A stretch of DNA of 64,000 nucleotides from an uncultured Halanaerobiales bacterium (lineage in GTDB: Bacteria > Bacillota > Halanaerobiia > Halanaerobiales > M55B127). The notes under the pieces are model-generated. The model made no database searches. It worked only from the letters and a program-made list of their open reading frames with translations, and was not told the DNA's origin. Positions within the stretch are counted from its first letter, which is position 1. Each line of letters starts with the position of its first letter. This document shows, piece after piece, positions 1-8,968 of the stretch. Location of the stretch: NCBI GenBank assembly GCA_964526845.1, contig CAZGMM010000002.1:1183-65182 (forward strand), read 5' to 3'. The position numbers and the translations under genes are program-made.

Positions 1-7
1 TTAAGTG

Positions 8-36
8 AAAAAAGGCCTCATATGAGGCCTTTTTTC
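8..36 (+). terminator. Rho-independent terminator of a gene ending upstream of the window
   Basis: Inverted repeat AAAAGGCCTCA / TGAGGCCTTTT followed by a T-run. Confidence 0.7.
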
Positions 37-240
37 TGTTTATAAGGCTTTAACCTGTTATAAGTTAATTAAAGAGGCAACTAATTGGGTGTTAATTTTG
101 TCTCTGCATTTAATACTTTATATAGCAAAGAGTGACTCCCTGCTTCCTACATAAATTTCCAAAAAACATATATAGATATCATAATCTGAATATGTCGAAC
201 TTATAAATTTAATAATATTGGTAATATTTTACTCCATATC

Positions 241-269
241 TTGTTAATAGCATCCTAATATGGTAGAAT
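241..269 (+). promoter_or_regulatory. Sigma-A type promoter for the ssb-like gene
   Basis: TTGTTA, 17-nt spacer, TAGAAT with TGn extended -10 (TGGTAGAAT); RBS AAGGAGTGG follows. Confidence 0.55.
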
Positions 270-288
270 ATGGAAAAGGAGTGGTGAT

Positions 289-612
289 ATGATAAACAAC
301 GTAATACTTACAGGCAGATTGGTAAAAGAACCAGAACTGAAGAAATCAGCCAATGAAGTAGACTATTGTACTTTCACTCTTGCGGTCCAGAGGAATTACC
401 GGAGTAAAGAAGGAGAGATCGACACGGACTTTATCGATGTTATTAACTGGGGTCCGGGGGCTAAAAGGTGCAGTGAATATCTCAAAAAAGGTAAGTTAGC
501 GGGTGTAGAGGGAATGATAAGTACATATTCGGTTGAGAAAGACGGAAAAAAATATAAAAATTACCGGATAAAAGCAAGAAGAGTTGAGTTTTTAGAATGG
601 CCAGATGAATAA
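289..612 (+). CDS. Short single-stranded DNA-binding protein (OB fold only, SsbB-like, no acidic C-terminal tail)
   Basis: MINNVILTGRLVKEPEL...FTLAV...DFIDVINWG...YLKKGKLAGVEG aligns with the bacterial SSB N-terminal OB domain. The protein ends at 107 aa without a Gly-rich linker or DDDIPF-type tip. Confidence 0.85.
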   Translation: MINNVILTGRLVKEPELKKSANEVDYCTFTLAVQRNYRSKEGEIDTDFIDVINWGPGAKRCSEYLKKGKLAGVEGMISTYSVEKDGKKYKNYRIKARRVEFLEWPDE

Positions 613-622
613 TATTTTTGTT

Positions 623-656
623 GGGTTAATGAATTTTTTCATTAACCCTTTTTTTT
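623..656 (+). terminator. Rho-independent terminator after the ssb-like gene
   Basis: GGGTTAATGA / TCATTAACCC stem followed by T8. Confidence 0.85.
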
Positions 657-804
657 ACTGGTTAATAAGGGAGGAATTGGTATTTTTTTGTTGAATAATA
701 TTAAGTAATGAACATGATTATCTATTTTTCGCACATATTATATTTTTTATATACAGAAATAGAAATAATGATAGATATTTTTAAACAAAATGGGGGGAGA
801 AAGT

Positions 805-1335
805 TTGAAAAAATATCTTTATACTTTTTTAATTGTTATTATTATAATTGGTTCTCTATTATTAATAAATAATCTGGGAATCATTTCTTTTAGGCAGTGG
901 GGAGAAAACATCATACAAAATACGCCTTTTGTCAAGGAATATGTAAGGACAGCGGAAGAGTATGAGAAAGTAGTTGAAGAAAATCAAAAACTACAGGAAG
1001 CCAATGAAGACCTCAAAGAAAATGTAAGCAGCCAAAAGGAACAAATTTCTGAACTAGAAGAACAGATAAAGGAATTAGAGGAAGCAAATAAGGAATTAAC
1101 AACTCAAATAGAAGAAATACAACAAAAAGAGGAATCTAAACAGGCTAACTTTGAAAAACTACTCAAAATATATGAGAATATGAATCCAGAGTCCGCCGCA
1201 GACATATTAAACAGCCTAGAAAAAGATTATGCCTTAAGAATTTTGAAAGGTCTAGACGATAAAACTGCCGCTGCTATCTTGGAAAGTATGGAAGTGGAAA
1301 AGGCTGTGGAGTTTAGTACAGAACTGCAAAATTGA
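805..1335 (+). CDS. Membrane-anchored coiled-coil protein with a C-terminal MgtE_N-like domain (YlxF/FlbB-like flagellar accessory protein)
   Basis: TTG 805 after RBS GGGGGAG (track start 790 lies on the RBS). N-terminal TM YLYTFLIVIIIIGSLLL, E/K/Q-rich coiled coil, C-terminal PESAADILNSLEKDYALRILKGLDDKTAAAILESM. Confidence 0.65.
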   Translation: MKKYLYTFLIVIIIIGSLLLINNLGIISFRQWGENIIQNTPFVKEYVRTAEEYEKVVEENQKLQEANEDLKENVSSQKEQISELEEQIKELEEANKELTTQIEEIQQKEESKQANFEKLLKIYENMNPESAADILNSLEKDYALRILKGLDDKTAAAILESMEVEKAVEFSTELQN

Positions 1336-1352
1336 TTCTTTGAGGTGATGGA

Positions 1353-1628
1353 ATGGAAAATGGTACTCAAGATATGAGCATTAATTTCTCCCGTCATGCA
1401 CAGAGCAGGATTACCTCACGCGAGATAGAGATTACAGATTTTGAAATGTCTCAACTGAAAAAAGGAATTGTAAAGGCTCTTGAAAAGGGGGCTAAAAACT
1501 CATTAATCATCATCAATAAAACTGCTTTCATAGTCAGCATAGAGAATAAGACTGTTATCACCATACTTGATCAGGATAGTATAAAAGAAAAGGTTTTTAC
1601 AAATATTGATAGCGCGGTTTTAATGTGA
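1353..1628 (+). CDS. Small flagellar-operon protein family member (the family usually found between flgD and flgE in Firmicutes)
   Basis: FSRHAQSRITSREIEIT...KGAKNSLIIINKTAFIVSIENKTVITILD...VFTNIDSAV matches my recollection of the conserved flagellar operon protein family; RBS GAGGTG 5 nt upstream. Confidence 0.6.
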   Translation: MENGTQDMSINFSRHAQSRITSREIEITDFEMSQLKKGIVKALEKGAKNSLIIINKTAFIVSIENKTVITILDQDSIKEKVFTNIDSAVLM

Positions 1629-1641
1629 TAGTAAGGGTGGA

Positions 1642-3681
1642 GTGATGTATTTGAAAATCAAAAATAATGTGATAATTGTAGCTTTATTAACTTTTCTTCT
1701 GATATTTGTTCCTCTCCGGGTCAATGCTTTTTCTAATGCCTTAAAAAATTTTGTATCCAATGGTAAAGAGGTTCATCTAAAAATATTCGACAATTTGGAT
1801 AAGGCTGAGATTTTATCGGGGACTAATGTTGAGCTGAAAAACCTCGATGGTTCCAAACGAACCTTTTTAACAAAAAACAAAGAATATATAATAAGTCCCT
1901 ATAGAGAAGATCAAAAAAGCTGGTTCATCCAGGTATTCGCTACTTCCGAAAAAAGCAAAGCAGAAAACATGAAAGAAAATATAAAAAAAGAATTTGAAAA
2001 TTATGAAGTACAGATTAGTTTAGAAAATGACCTATATAAAGTCCAGGTTGGCACCTTTTTAAAAAAGAGTAAAGCAGAAGAGATCTCTAAGATAATAAGT
2101 GAAGCAGGTTGGGAAACCTGGGTAATCGAAAAAGAGATAAAAGGAGATAGCACTGAACTAGCTGTTATGGATAAAGATGGGAACATTGTCTTTGAAAATG
2201 GGACCATTTATTGTGAAGGCGTTATTAGGTTGAAGAATAACTTATATAATGGCGTTACCCAATTTTCTTTAGAAGATGGCCAGATTGATGTATTAAATAA
2301 AGTTGACTTTTTAACTCTTCAGTATGGAATGCTTTTAGAAGAACTACCCGACTCAAATAATATGACGGCCCTGAAAGCCGCCGCTATTTTAAATAGGAGT
2401 AAAGCGCTGGCTGCAATATTTAATAATAATTCACCCTATCAAATAGAAAGTTATCAGGGCATTTCAAATCTGACTGATATTATTAGAGTGGCGGTTGATA
2501 ATACAGAAGCAAAAGTAATTTATAAAGATGATAATCCGTATTATCAAAACTTAGATGTTAAGGAACTGGGTAGTCAATATTCTACCGCTGAGGAATTAAT
2601 CACACAGAATATTGATAGTATTGAAGTAAAAGATCTTGCTACGACCATAGACGAAGAACAACTTGTGAGGGCTGAAATTGACTTGGGCCTTGAATATAGG
2701 GAGATTAAACAACTAACCTGGTCAGGTCCCAGAATTATAACTGTGGTTGACCTGGATGTATTCAAGGAAAGACATCAGGTCATACCATTTGTAAGCAATG
2801 ACGAGATTACCGGAGTAGCCCCTTTAGCAAAAGTGGTTAGAGATAAAGAAGCACTTGTCGGAGTAAACGGCGGTTTTTATAATTCCGCGGGCAAACCCTT
2901 GGGTACGGTTATGATTAACGGGCAGATGGTATCTGAACCACTCTATAACAGGGCAGCCCTGGGCATAACTAAAACCGGGGAAGTATTAATAAACAACCTA
3001 AAATGGAGAGGGATATTAACCACTTCTAATAATAATATCATTATAGATGCGGTAAATAGAAAACCAAATAATGAAAATGAAATAATTTTATACAATAAAT
3101 ATTATGGTAGTAAGACCCCTCAATTTAAACAGGAATCAGTGGAATTTGTTATTCAAAATAGTAGGATTAGTAAAGTAGTCAGTGGTTCAATGATCCAAAA
3201 TGAAATTCCTACCGATGGATTTGTAGTTAAAATATTTACAGAAGAAAACCCCTTTGATGCCTTTAAACAGGGTAAAAAAGTAGAATATAAAAACATATTT
3301 AATCCGGCCTGGCATAAAGAAGATGTAGTCAATATCATGGGGGGAGGCCCTAAATTAATCACGGATGGCAAAGTCACAGTTACAGGCGAGTTAGAAGAGT
3401 TCAGTCAGGATATAACTGCTGGCAGAGCTCCTCGGACAGCAGTGGGGATAACTGAGGACAACCATTTATTATTTGTAACTGTTGATGGTCGCCAGCCTAA
3501 ATTAAGTATAGGGATGACCTTAGAGGAATTAGCACAGTATTTAAAAGAGTTGAACATGCAAGAAGCTATGAATCTTGATGGCGGCGACTCTTCCCAGCTT
3601 GTAATCAGAGGTTATACCTTTAATAATCCTTCTGGTTATCGAGCCATTGCAACCGGAATTTTAATAAAAGAAAGAGAATAA
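1642..3681 (+). CDS. Exported SPOR-domain protein with a SpoIID-like stretch and a C-terminal phosphodiester glycosidase (NAGPA/DUF2233) domain
   Basis: Signal/anchor VIIVALLTFLLIFVPLRVNA. SPOR-like WFIQVFATSEKSKAENMK...LYKVQVGTFLKKSKAEE. C-terminal GGGPKLITDGKV...GRAPRTAVGITEDNHLLFVTVDGRQ...MNLDGGDSS. Confidence 0.7.
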   Translation: MMYLKIKNNVIIVALLTFLLIFVPLRVNAFSNALKNFVSNGKEVHLKIFDNLDKAEILSGTNVELKNLDGSKRTFLTKNKEYIISPYREDQKSWFIQVFATSEKSKAENMKENIKKEFENYEVQISLENDLYKVQVGTFLKKSKAEEISKIISEAGWETWVIEKEIKGDSTELAVMDKDGNIVFENGTIYCEGVIRLKNNLYNGVTQFSLEDGQIDVLNKVDFLTLQYGMLLEELPDSNNMTALKAAAILNRSKALAAIFNNNSPYQIESYQGISNLTDIIRVAVDNTEAKVIYKDDNPYYQNLDVKELGSQYSTAEELITQNIDSIEVKDLATTIDEEQLVRAEIDLGLEYREIKQLTWSGPRIITVVDLDVFKERHQVIPFVSNDEITGVAPLAKVVRDKEALVGVNGGFYNSAGKPLGTVMINGQMVSEPLYNRAALGITKTGEVLINNLKWRGILTTSNNNIIIDAVNRKPNNENEIILYNKYYGSKTPQFKQESVEFVIQNSRISKVVSGSMIQNEIPTDGFVVKIFTEENPFDAFKQGKKVEYKNIFNPAWHKEDVVNIMGGGPKLITDGKVTVTGELEEFSQDITAGRAPRTAVGITEDNHLLFVTVDGRQPKLSIGMTLEELAQYLKELNMQEAMNLDGGDSSQLVIRGYTFNNPSGYRAIATGILIKERE

Positions 3682-3696
3682 TGGAGGTTGATAAAC

Positions 3697-4218
3697 TTGT
3701 ATAAAAAAGTCCTAATCCTATTTTTACTAATAACTTTTTCACTTACACCAATTGTCAATGCACAAAGTCATGATTTTCAGGAAATGAACTATTCTATATT
3801 TCTGGAAGGAGAAAATACATCTCTTAATATAAATCCTGTCTTTCAATTCCAAAATGAAATTAATCATTTGAGCTTTGATATTAATTATGATGGTGATTTT
3901 TTCCGTTTCGGCGGTACCTGGCTGATCACAGCTTTAGAAGACACAGGCAATAAAACTGATGCGGCCTTTAGTATTTTAACAGAACCAAATGGAGAAGGCT
4001 TTACAGCCGGACTGGGAGTAGAAGGTAAAAATTACCTGGAAGGAAACAGAGCTTTACTTTATGAGCTGAGATATATCCTGGACGGAACCCAGTTTGAATA
4101 TGGGCTTGGTTATGAAACACCCATAGTTGAAAATAATGCCTTGCTACTTAGTATTGGTAACTCATACTGGCATAATACATCACTTCTATTAGAGGTTGGA
4201 TTTAAAGTCCAATTTTAA
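3697..4218 (+). CDS. Small secreted protein, probable 8-stranded outer-membrane beta-barrel
   Basis: TTG 3697 sits 9 nt after GGAGG (track start 3688 abuts the RBS). Signal peptide ...TPIVNA/QS, alternating amphipathic strands, C-terminal ...EVGFKVQF with terminal Phe typical of OMP sorting signals. Confidence 0.55.
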   Translation: MYKKVLILFLLITFSLTPIVNAQSHDFQEMNYSIFLEGENTSLNINPVFQFQNEINHLSFDINYDGDFFRFGGTWLITALEDTGNKTDAAFSILTEPNGEGFTAGLGVEGKNYLEGNRALLYELRYILDGTQFEYGLGYETPIVENNALLLSIGNSYWHNTSLLLEVGFKVQF

Positions 4219-4243
4219 TATATAGAGCGGGGAGTAATTGGCA

Positions 4244-4384
4244 ATGGCTAAAAAGAAAACAGAAAAAGAACAGAGAAATAAGTATTTAGATATTATTTTA
4301 ATATTAATCCTACTATTGGTATTAGCGACTTTTATAGATTTGAATGTAACAATAGAAGAAGTATTTAGAATTTTAATTGGTTAA
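4244..4384 (+). CDS. 46-aa small membrane protein (below the ORF-track cutoff)
   Basis: ATG 4244 preceded by GGGGAG. MAKKKTEKEQRNKYLDIILILILLLVLATFIDLNVTIEEVFRILIG: basic N-terminus plus one TM helix, filling the gap before sigH. Confidence 0.4.
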   Translation: MAKKKTEKEQRNKYLDIILILILLLVLATFIDLNVTIEEVFRILIG

Positions 4385-4410
4385 AGCATTTTCAAATTGG
4401 GGGGGATTGA

Positions 4411-5040
4411 ATGTTTGACCAGAAGCAGGGAGAAGAAGAAATAATTGAACAAGCAAAAGAAGGTAATAAGTTAGCAGTTGAATATCTAATAAACCAGAAT
4501 ATGGATATCGTTTATGCGAAGGCGAAGTATTTTTTCATCAAGGGACTCGATAAAGAGGATGTAATCCAGGAAGGTATGCTCGGACTGTTTAAGGCGATAA
4601 GGGATTATCAGCCGGAACGCGAGGCTTCTTTTAGAGGGTTTTCCCAGTTATGTGTGCATAGGCAGCTTATTTCAGCCATTAAAAGGGCTAACAGACAAAA
4701 ACATCAGCCCTTAAATAATTCTACTTCTATAAACAAGACTTATGATTATGATAATGAGTCGGGGAGAAGTTTTAGCGAAATTCTACCCGATAAGAAGAAA
4801 AAACTGGAAGATCAATTTGTTTATAAAGAAATTATAAATTTAGTATTTCAAGAGATTGAAAGAGAGTTAACTGAGTTAGAAAAAAATGTTTTTTATGAAT
4901 ATTTAGATGACCGCACTTATAAGGAAATTTCAGGAAAACTCGAAATTAATGTGAAGACTGTCGATAATGCGCTGCAGAGAGCCCGTAAGAAAATTGAGGA
5001 AATAAAAGAGAATAATAATTTAGAAGATCTTGTAATATAA
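4411..5040 (+). CDS. sigH: RNA polymerase sigma factor SigH (sigma-30, early sporulation/transition state)
   Basis: DVIQEGMLGLFKAIRDY...SFRGFSQLCVHRQLISAIKRANRQKHQPLN and C-terminal VKTVDNALQRARKKI align closely with Bacillus SigH. Confidence 0.88.
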   Translation: MFDQKQGEEEIIEQAKEGNKLAVEYLINQNMDIVYAKAKYFFIKGLDKEDVIQEGMLGLFKAIRDYQPEREASFRGFSQLCVHRQLISAIKRANRQKHQPLNNSTSINKTYDYDNESGRSFSEILPDKKKKLEDQFVYKEIINLVFQEIERELTELEKNVFYEYLDDRTYKEISGKLEINVKTVDNALQRARKKIEEIKENNNLEDLVI

Positions 5041-5089
5041 TACTATATATTGGGTGTGTAATTTGTTGTAATCTTTTGTGATAACTTGT

Positions 5090-5118
5090 TTGACAACAAT
5101 ATTATACTGTGTTATATT
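5090..5118 (+). promoter_or_regulatory. Sigma-A promoter of the cold-shock gene
   Basis: TTGACA, 17 nt, TATATT with TGn extended -10. Confidence 0.6.
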
Positions 5119-5173
5119 AAGATAAATGGGAATTTAAGTTTCCTAGAAACAATTTACAGGAGGAATATAATTT

Positions 5174-5386
5174 ATGATCTATACTGGAACAGTAAAGTGG
5201 TTTGACGCGAAAAAAGGTTATGGTTTTATTGAAAGAGAAGAAGGCGACGACGTTTTTGTTCATTTTTCAGCAATTCAAGATGACGGATTTAAAACTCTTG
5301 AAGATGGAGAAAAAGTAGAGTTCGAAATTGTTGAGGGTGACAGAGGACCTCAAGCTGCACAAGTTGTGAGGGTTGAAGAAGAGTAA
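5174..5386 (+). CDS. Cold-shock protein (CspA family)
   Basis: [16 protein letters not shown]...[12 protein letters not shown]1/RNP2 motifs; RBS AGGAGG. Confidence 0.95.
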   Translation: MIYTGTVKWFDAKKGYGFIEREEGDDVFVHFSAIQDDGFKTLEDGEKVEFEIVEGDRGPQAAQVVRVEEE

Positions 5387-5413
5387 TTATAGATGCCTAA
5401 ATATGTGCACACA

Positions 5414-5449
5414 ATCCTGATTACAGAGATGTAATCAGGATTTTTTTTA
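5414..5449 (+). terminator. Rho-independent terminator after csp
   Basis: ATCCTGATTAC / GTAATCAGGAT stem followed by T8. Confidence 0.85.
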
Positions 5450-5533
5450 TAAAAGAAGGGTTTTACTTTAAAATATTGAATTATTATAATAACACCAATA
5501 TTTATTTTAGTAGTTCAGAAGGGAGTGGAGATA

Positions 5534-6097
5534 ATGAATATTACGGTTTATGGAAAAAATTTCGATATTACACCTTCATTAAAGGATTACGCCAGAGAAA
5601 AGATGGAAAAACTGGAAAAGTATTTTCAAGGCGAACCAATGGAAGTCCACATCACAATGGAGGTCGAAAAAGAAAGGCATATAGTAGAAGTTACAGCTTA
5701 TGTCAAAGGATTAATTCTCCGCGGTGAAGAAGAAACTACTGATATGTATGCTTCGCTTGATGGGGTCATTGACAAGGTAGAAAGACAGATTCACAAGTAC
5801 AAAACAAGAATCCATAATAAAATGATTGAAAGGAAACAGGAATATAAGGAAGAATTTATGGAAGAAAGAGAAGAAATGGTTCGTAAGAAAAAAGAACCAG
5901 AGGAAGACGAGTTTGAACCAAAGATCGTTAAGACAAAGAGCTTTGCTTTAAAACCGATGGATGTCCAGGAAGCAGTCATGCAGATGGACTTAATCGGGCA
6001 CGATTTCTTCGTGTTTTCAAATGCAAATACAAATGAAGTGAATGTAGTATATAAAAGAAAAGATGGGAATTATGGGTTGATTGAACCCACTTTTTAA
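5534..6097 (+). CDS. hpf: Ribosome hibernation promoting factor, long form
   Basis: MNITVYGKNFDITPSLKDYAREKMEKL... plus C-terminal dimerisation domain VVYKRKDGNYGLIEP. ATG 5534 follows GGGAGTGGAG (the track start 5525 is a GTG inside the RBS). Confidence 0.93.
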   Translation: MNITVYGKNFDITPSLKDYAREKMEKLEKYFQGEPMEVHITMEVEKERHIVEVTAYVKGLILRGEEETTDMYASLDGVIDKVERQIHKYKTRIHNKMIERKQEYKEEFMEEREEMVRKKKEPEEDEFEPKIVKTKSFALKPMDVQEAVMQMDLIGHDFFVFSNANTNEVNVVYKRKDGNYGLIEPTF

Positions 6098-6126
6098 ATA
6101 GCAATATAAATAAATTGATTGCAAAT

Positions 6127-6156
6127 GGGCCGCCTTTTAAAATGGGCGGCCTTTTA
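6127..6156 (+). terminator. Rho-independent terminator after hpf
   Basis: GGCCGCC / GGCGGCC stem followed by TTTTAT. Confidence 0.75.
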
Positions 6157-6271
6157 TCGTATATCAATAATTGTTTAAAAATACGCAAGTATTAGAACTA
6201 TACTGTTAAAAAGAAATAACAAATCCCATAATATTGAGACATTTCTGTTATATGATAGATAGGTGAATACA

Positions 6272-6300
6272 TTGAGATTTTAACCAATTAATGTTATAAT
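6272..6300 (+). promoter_or_regulatory. Sigma-A promoter of secA-prfB
   Basis: TTGAGA, 17 nt, TATAAT with TGn extended -10. Confidence 0.55.
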
Positions 6301-6369
6301 ATAATGTAAATTTGTAATGATTTAGACTTAAAATTTTTGATCTATAATAAAAAAACAGGTGGTAAAAAA

Positions 6370-8949
6370 ATGTTTGATTTTGTGAAAAACTTATTTAAAG
6401 ATCCTAATGAAAAAGAACTGGAAAGATTACAGGAAATTGTCGATGAAATAAATGCATTAGAAAGTGACATGCAGAAACTTTCCGATGCGGAACTTAAAGC
6501 AAAGACAGCTGAATTTAAACAGAGATATCAGGATGGAGAAAGCCTGGATGATCTATTACCGGAAGCATTTGCGGTCGTAAGAGAGGCTTCTCAACGTTCA
6601 ACAAAGGAAGAGTTTAGACATTTTGATGTACAGATAATGGGTGGTATCGTACTACATGAGGGTAAAATTGCCGAAATGAAGACCGGGGAAGGTAAGACCC
6701 TGGTAGCTACCCTGCCTGTATATTTAAATGCTTTAACCGAGAAGGGGGTCCATGTAGTTACTGTCAATGACTATCTAGCCAAAAGAGATAGTGAGTGGAT
6801 GGGCCAGATTTATGAATTTTTAGGTTTAGATGTGGGGGTAGTATTAAGCGGTATGACGCCGGAAGAAAGAAAAAAAGCATATGATGCTGATGTAACATAT
6901 GGTACCAATAACGAGTTTGGTTTTGATTACTTAAGGGCCAACATGGCAACTGATCCCGATAATGTTATCCAGCACGATTTCCACTATGCTATCTTAGATG
7001 AGGTAGACAGTATTTTAATCGATGAGGCGAGAACACCGCTCATCATCTCCGGACCGGTTCAGGAAACTTCCAAAGATTACAGGAAGTTTAACCGAATAAT
7101 CCCGAACTTAAAAGAAGAACAACATTATGAATTAGATGAGAAAAACAATAGTGTTACCTTAACTGAAGAAGGTGTGGAAAAGGTAGAAAATTATTTAAAC
7201 GTTGATAACCTCTTTGATGAAGATAACTTTAGATTACACCATCAGGTTAACCAGGCCTTAAGAGCCCATACCCTGATGAAAAAAGATAGAGACTATATCG
7301 TAGATGAAGGTAAAGTTAAAATTGTCGATGAATTTACCGGCCGGGTAATGGAAGGCAGAAGGTACAGTGAAGGCCTACACCAGGCAATTGAAGCCAAAGA
7401 AGGTGTATCGGTCCAAAAAGGCAGCCAGACCTTTGCCCGCATAACCTTACAGAACTACTTTAGAATGTATGACAAATTAGCCGGTATGACCGGGACTGCC
7501 AAAACTGAAGAAGAAGAATTTATCAAGATATATGGGATGGAAGTTGTCGTCATCCCCACCAATGAACCACTTATCAGAGATAACAAGCCAGATCTAGTCT
7601 TTAAGGATGAAGAGTCTAAATTTAGGGCAGTTGTAAAAGAAATCGAGGAAAGACACGAAAAAGGCCAGCCCCTGTTAGTGGGTACGGTCGATATAGATAA
7701 ATCGGAAAAATTAAGCAGGATGTTAAACCGCAAGGGCATCCAGCACAATGTCTTAAATGCTAAAAACCATAAAAAAGAGGCTGAAATAATTAAGGATGCC
7801 GGTCAGAAAAACAGTGTAACAATTGCAACTAATATGGCCGGTAGAGGTACAGATATCGTCTTAGGGGAAGGAGTAGTCGAGCGGGGTGGTCTACATGTTA
7901 TAGGTACTGAAAGACATGAAAGCCGCAGGATCGACAACCAGCTGAGAGGACGGGCCGGCCGTCAGGGCGATCCGGGTTCCTCACAGTTCTTTGTCTCCTT
8001 AGAAGATGACCTCTTAAGACTCTTCGGATCTGACAATATTACGGCCCTAATGGATAAGGTCGGTATGGAAGATGACCAACCTATTCAGCATAAGATGATA
8101 ACCAATGCGATCGAAAGGGCCCAGAAAAAAGTAGAAGGCAGAAACTTCGATATCAGAAAGGCCATCTTACAGTATGACGATATCTTAAATAAACAGCGCA
8201 AGATCATTTATGAACAGAGAAGCGATGTTCTCTTTTCCGATAATATGGACGAGATTATCTTCGGAATGCTAGAACAGCTCGTCGAGGATATCACAGAAAG
8301 TTATCTCTCTGAAGATATTCATCCCAGTGACTGGGATCGGGCAGGCCTTGTTGATTATCTAAACAAGTTCTATTTCTCGGAAGAATTAACGGCAGAAGAT
8401 ATTGAAGATAAGAACAAAGAAGAGATTAAAGAATATTTAATTGAATTTGGTAAGCAGAACTATAAAGATAAAGAAGAGAAGTTCAAAGAAGAAAACATGA
8501 ATAAGATCGCAAAATATATTGCACTGAGAGTTATCGATAGAAACTGGATGTCACACCTTGATAATATGGATGAACTTAGACAGGGAATTGGCCTGCGTGC
8601 ATACGGCCAAAAAGATCCTTTAACCGAATATAAGTTTGAGTCTTACGACATGTTTAATGAAATGACCAGTTCGATAAGAGAGGACATTATTAGAAGTATC
8701 TTTAGAATAGAAGTCCATGAAGATGGGCAATTAGATAGAAAACAGACCAGTCGTAACTTAAATTATAGTGATGGCGGTACAATAAGTGCCCTCGCAACTG
8801 CTAAAAATAAAGCGCAAGGGCAGCGTCAGACTACTACCAATAAAGATAAGAAAACTCATTCAACCGTGGTTAAACCGGATGAACCGGGTAGAAATGATCC
8901 CTGTCCCTGTGGCAGTGGTAAAAAATATAAGAAATGCTGTGGCAGATAG
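6370..8949 (+). CDS. secA: Preprotein translocase ATPase SecA
   Basis: MFDFVKNLF start after AGGTGG (track start 6337 has no RBS). [32 protein letters not shown]-terminal zinc motif [14 protein letters not shown]. Confidence 0.97.
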   Translation: MFDFVKNLFKDPNEKELERLQEIVDEINALESDMQKLSDAELKAKTAEFKQRYQDGESLDDLLPEAFAVVREASQRSTKEEFRHFDVQIMGGIVLHEGKIAEMKTGEGKTLVATLPVYLNALTEKGVHVVTVNDYLAKRDSEWMGQIYEFLGLDVGVVLSGMTPEERKKAYDADVTYGTNNEFGFDYLRANMATDPDNVIQHDFHYAILDEVDSILIDEARTPLIISGPVQETSKDYRKFNRIIPNLKEEQHYELDEKNNSVTLTEEGVEKVENYLNVDNLFDEDNFRLHHQVNQALRAHTLMKKDRDYIVDEGKVKIVDEFTGRVMEGRRYSEGLHQAIEAKEGVSVQKGSQTFARITLQNYFRMYDKLAGMTGTAKTEEEEFIKIYGMEVVVIPTNEPLIRDNKPDLVFKDEESKFRAVVKEIEERHEKGQPLLVGTVDIDKSEKLSRMLNRKGIQHNVLNAKNHKKEAEIIKDAGQKNSVTIATNMAGRGTDIVLGEGVVERGGLHVIGTERHESRRIDNQLRGRAGRQGDPGSSQFFVSLEDDLLRLFGSDNITALMDKVGMEDDQPIQHKMITNAIERAQKKVEGRNFDIRKAILQYDDILNKQRKIIYEQRSDVLFSDNMDEIIFGMLEQLVEDITESYLSEDIHPSDWDRAGLVDYLNKFYFSEELTAEDIEDKNKEEIKEYLIEFGKQNYKDKEEKFKEENMNKIAKYIALRVIDRNWMSHLDNMDELRQGIGLRAYGQKDPLTEYKFESYDMFNEMTSSIREDIIRSIFRIEVHEDGQLDRKQTSRNLNYSDGGTISALATAKNKAQGQRQTTTNKDKKTHSTVVKPDEPGRNDPCPCGSGKKYKKCCGR

Positions 8950-8968
8950 TATGAAGGAGGAGTTTTAG

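Noticed and set aside
37-63. Direct repeat CTGTTTATAAG ... CTGTTATAAG near the window start as a regulator site
   Set aside because: It is a single short AT-rich repeat next to a terminator, with no linked regulator gene visible. Evidence is insufficient.
5476-5727. 83-aa plus-strand ORF overlapping the hpf start in another frame
   Set aside because: It has no RBS and a basic low-complexity sequence. The overlapping frame encodes a well-conserved HPF with a proper RBS.
8786-8968. 60-aa alternative-frame ORF over the secA 3' end
   Set aside because: The secA frame encodes the conserved C-terminal zinc motif here. The alternative frame has no start context or homology.
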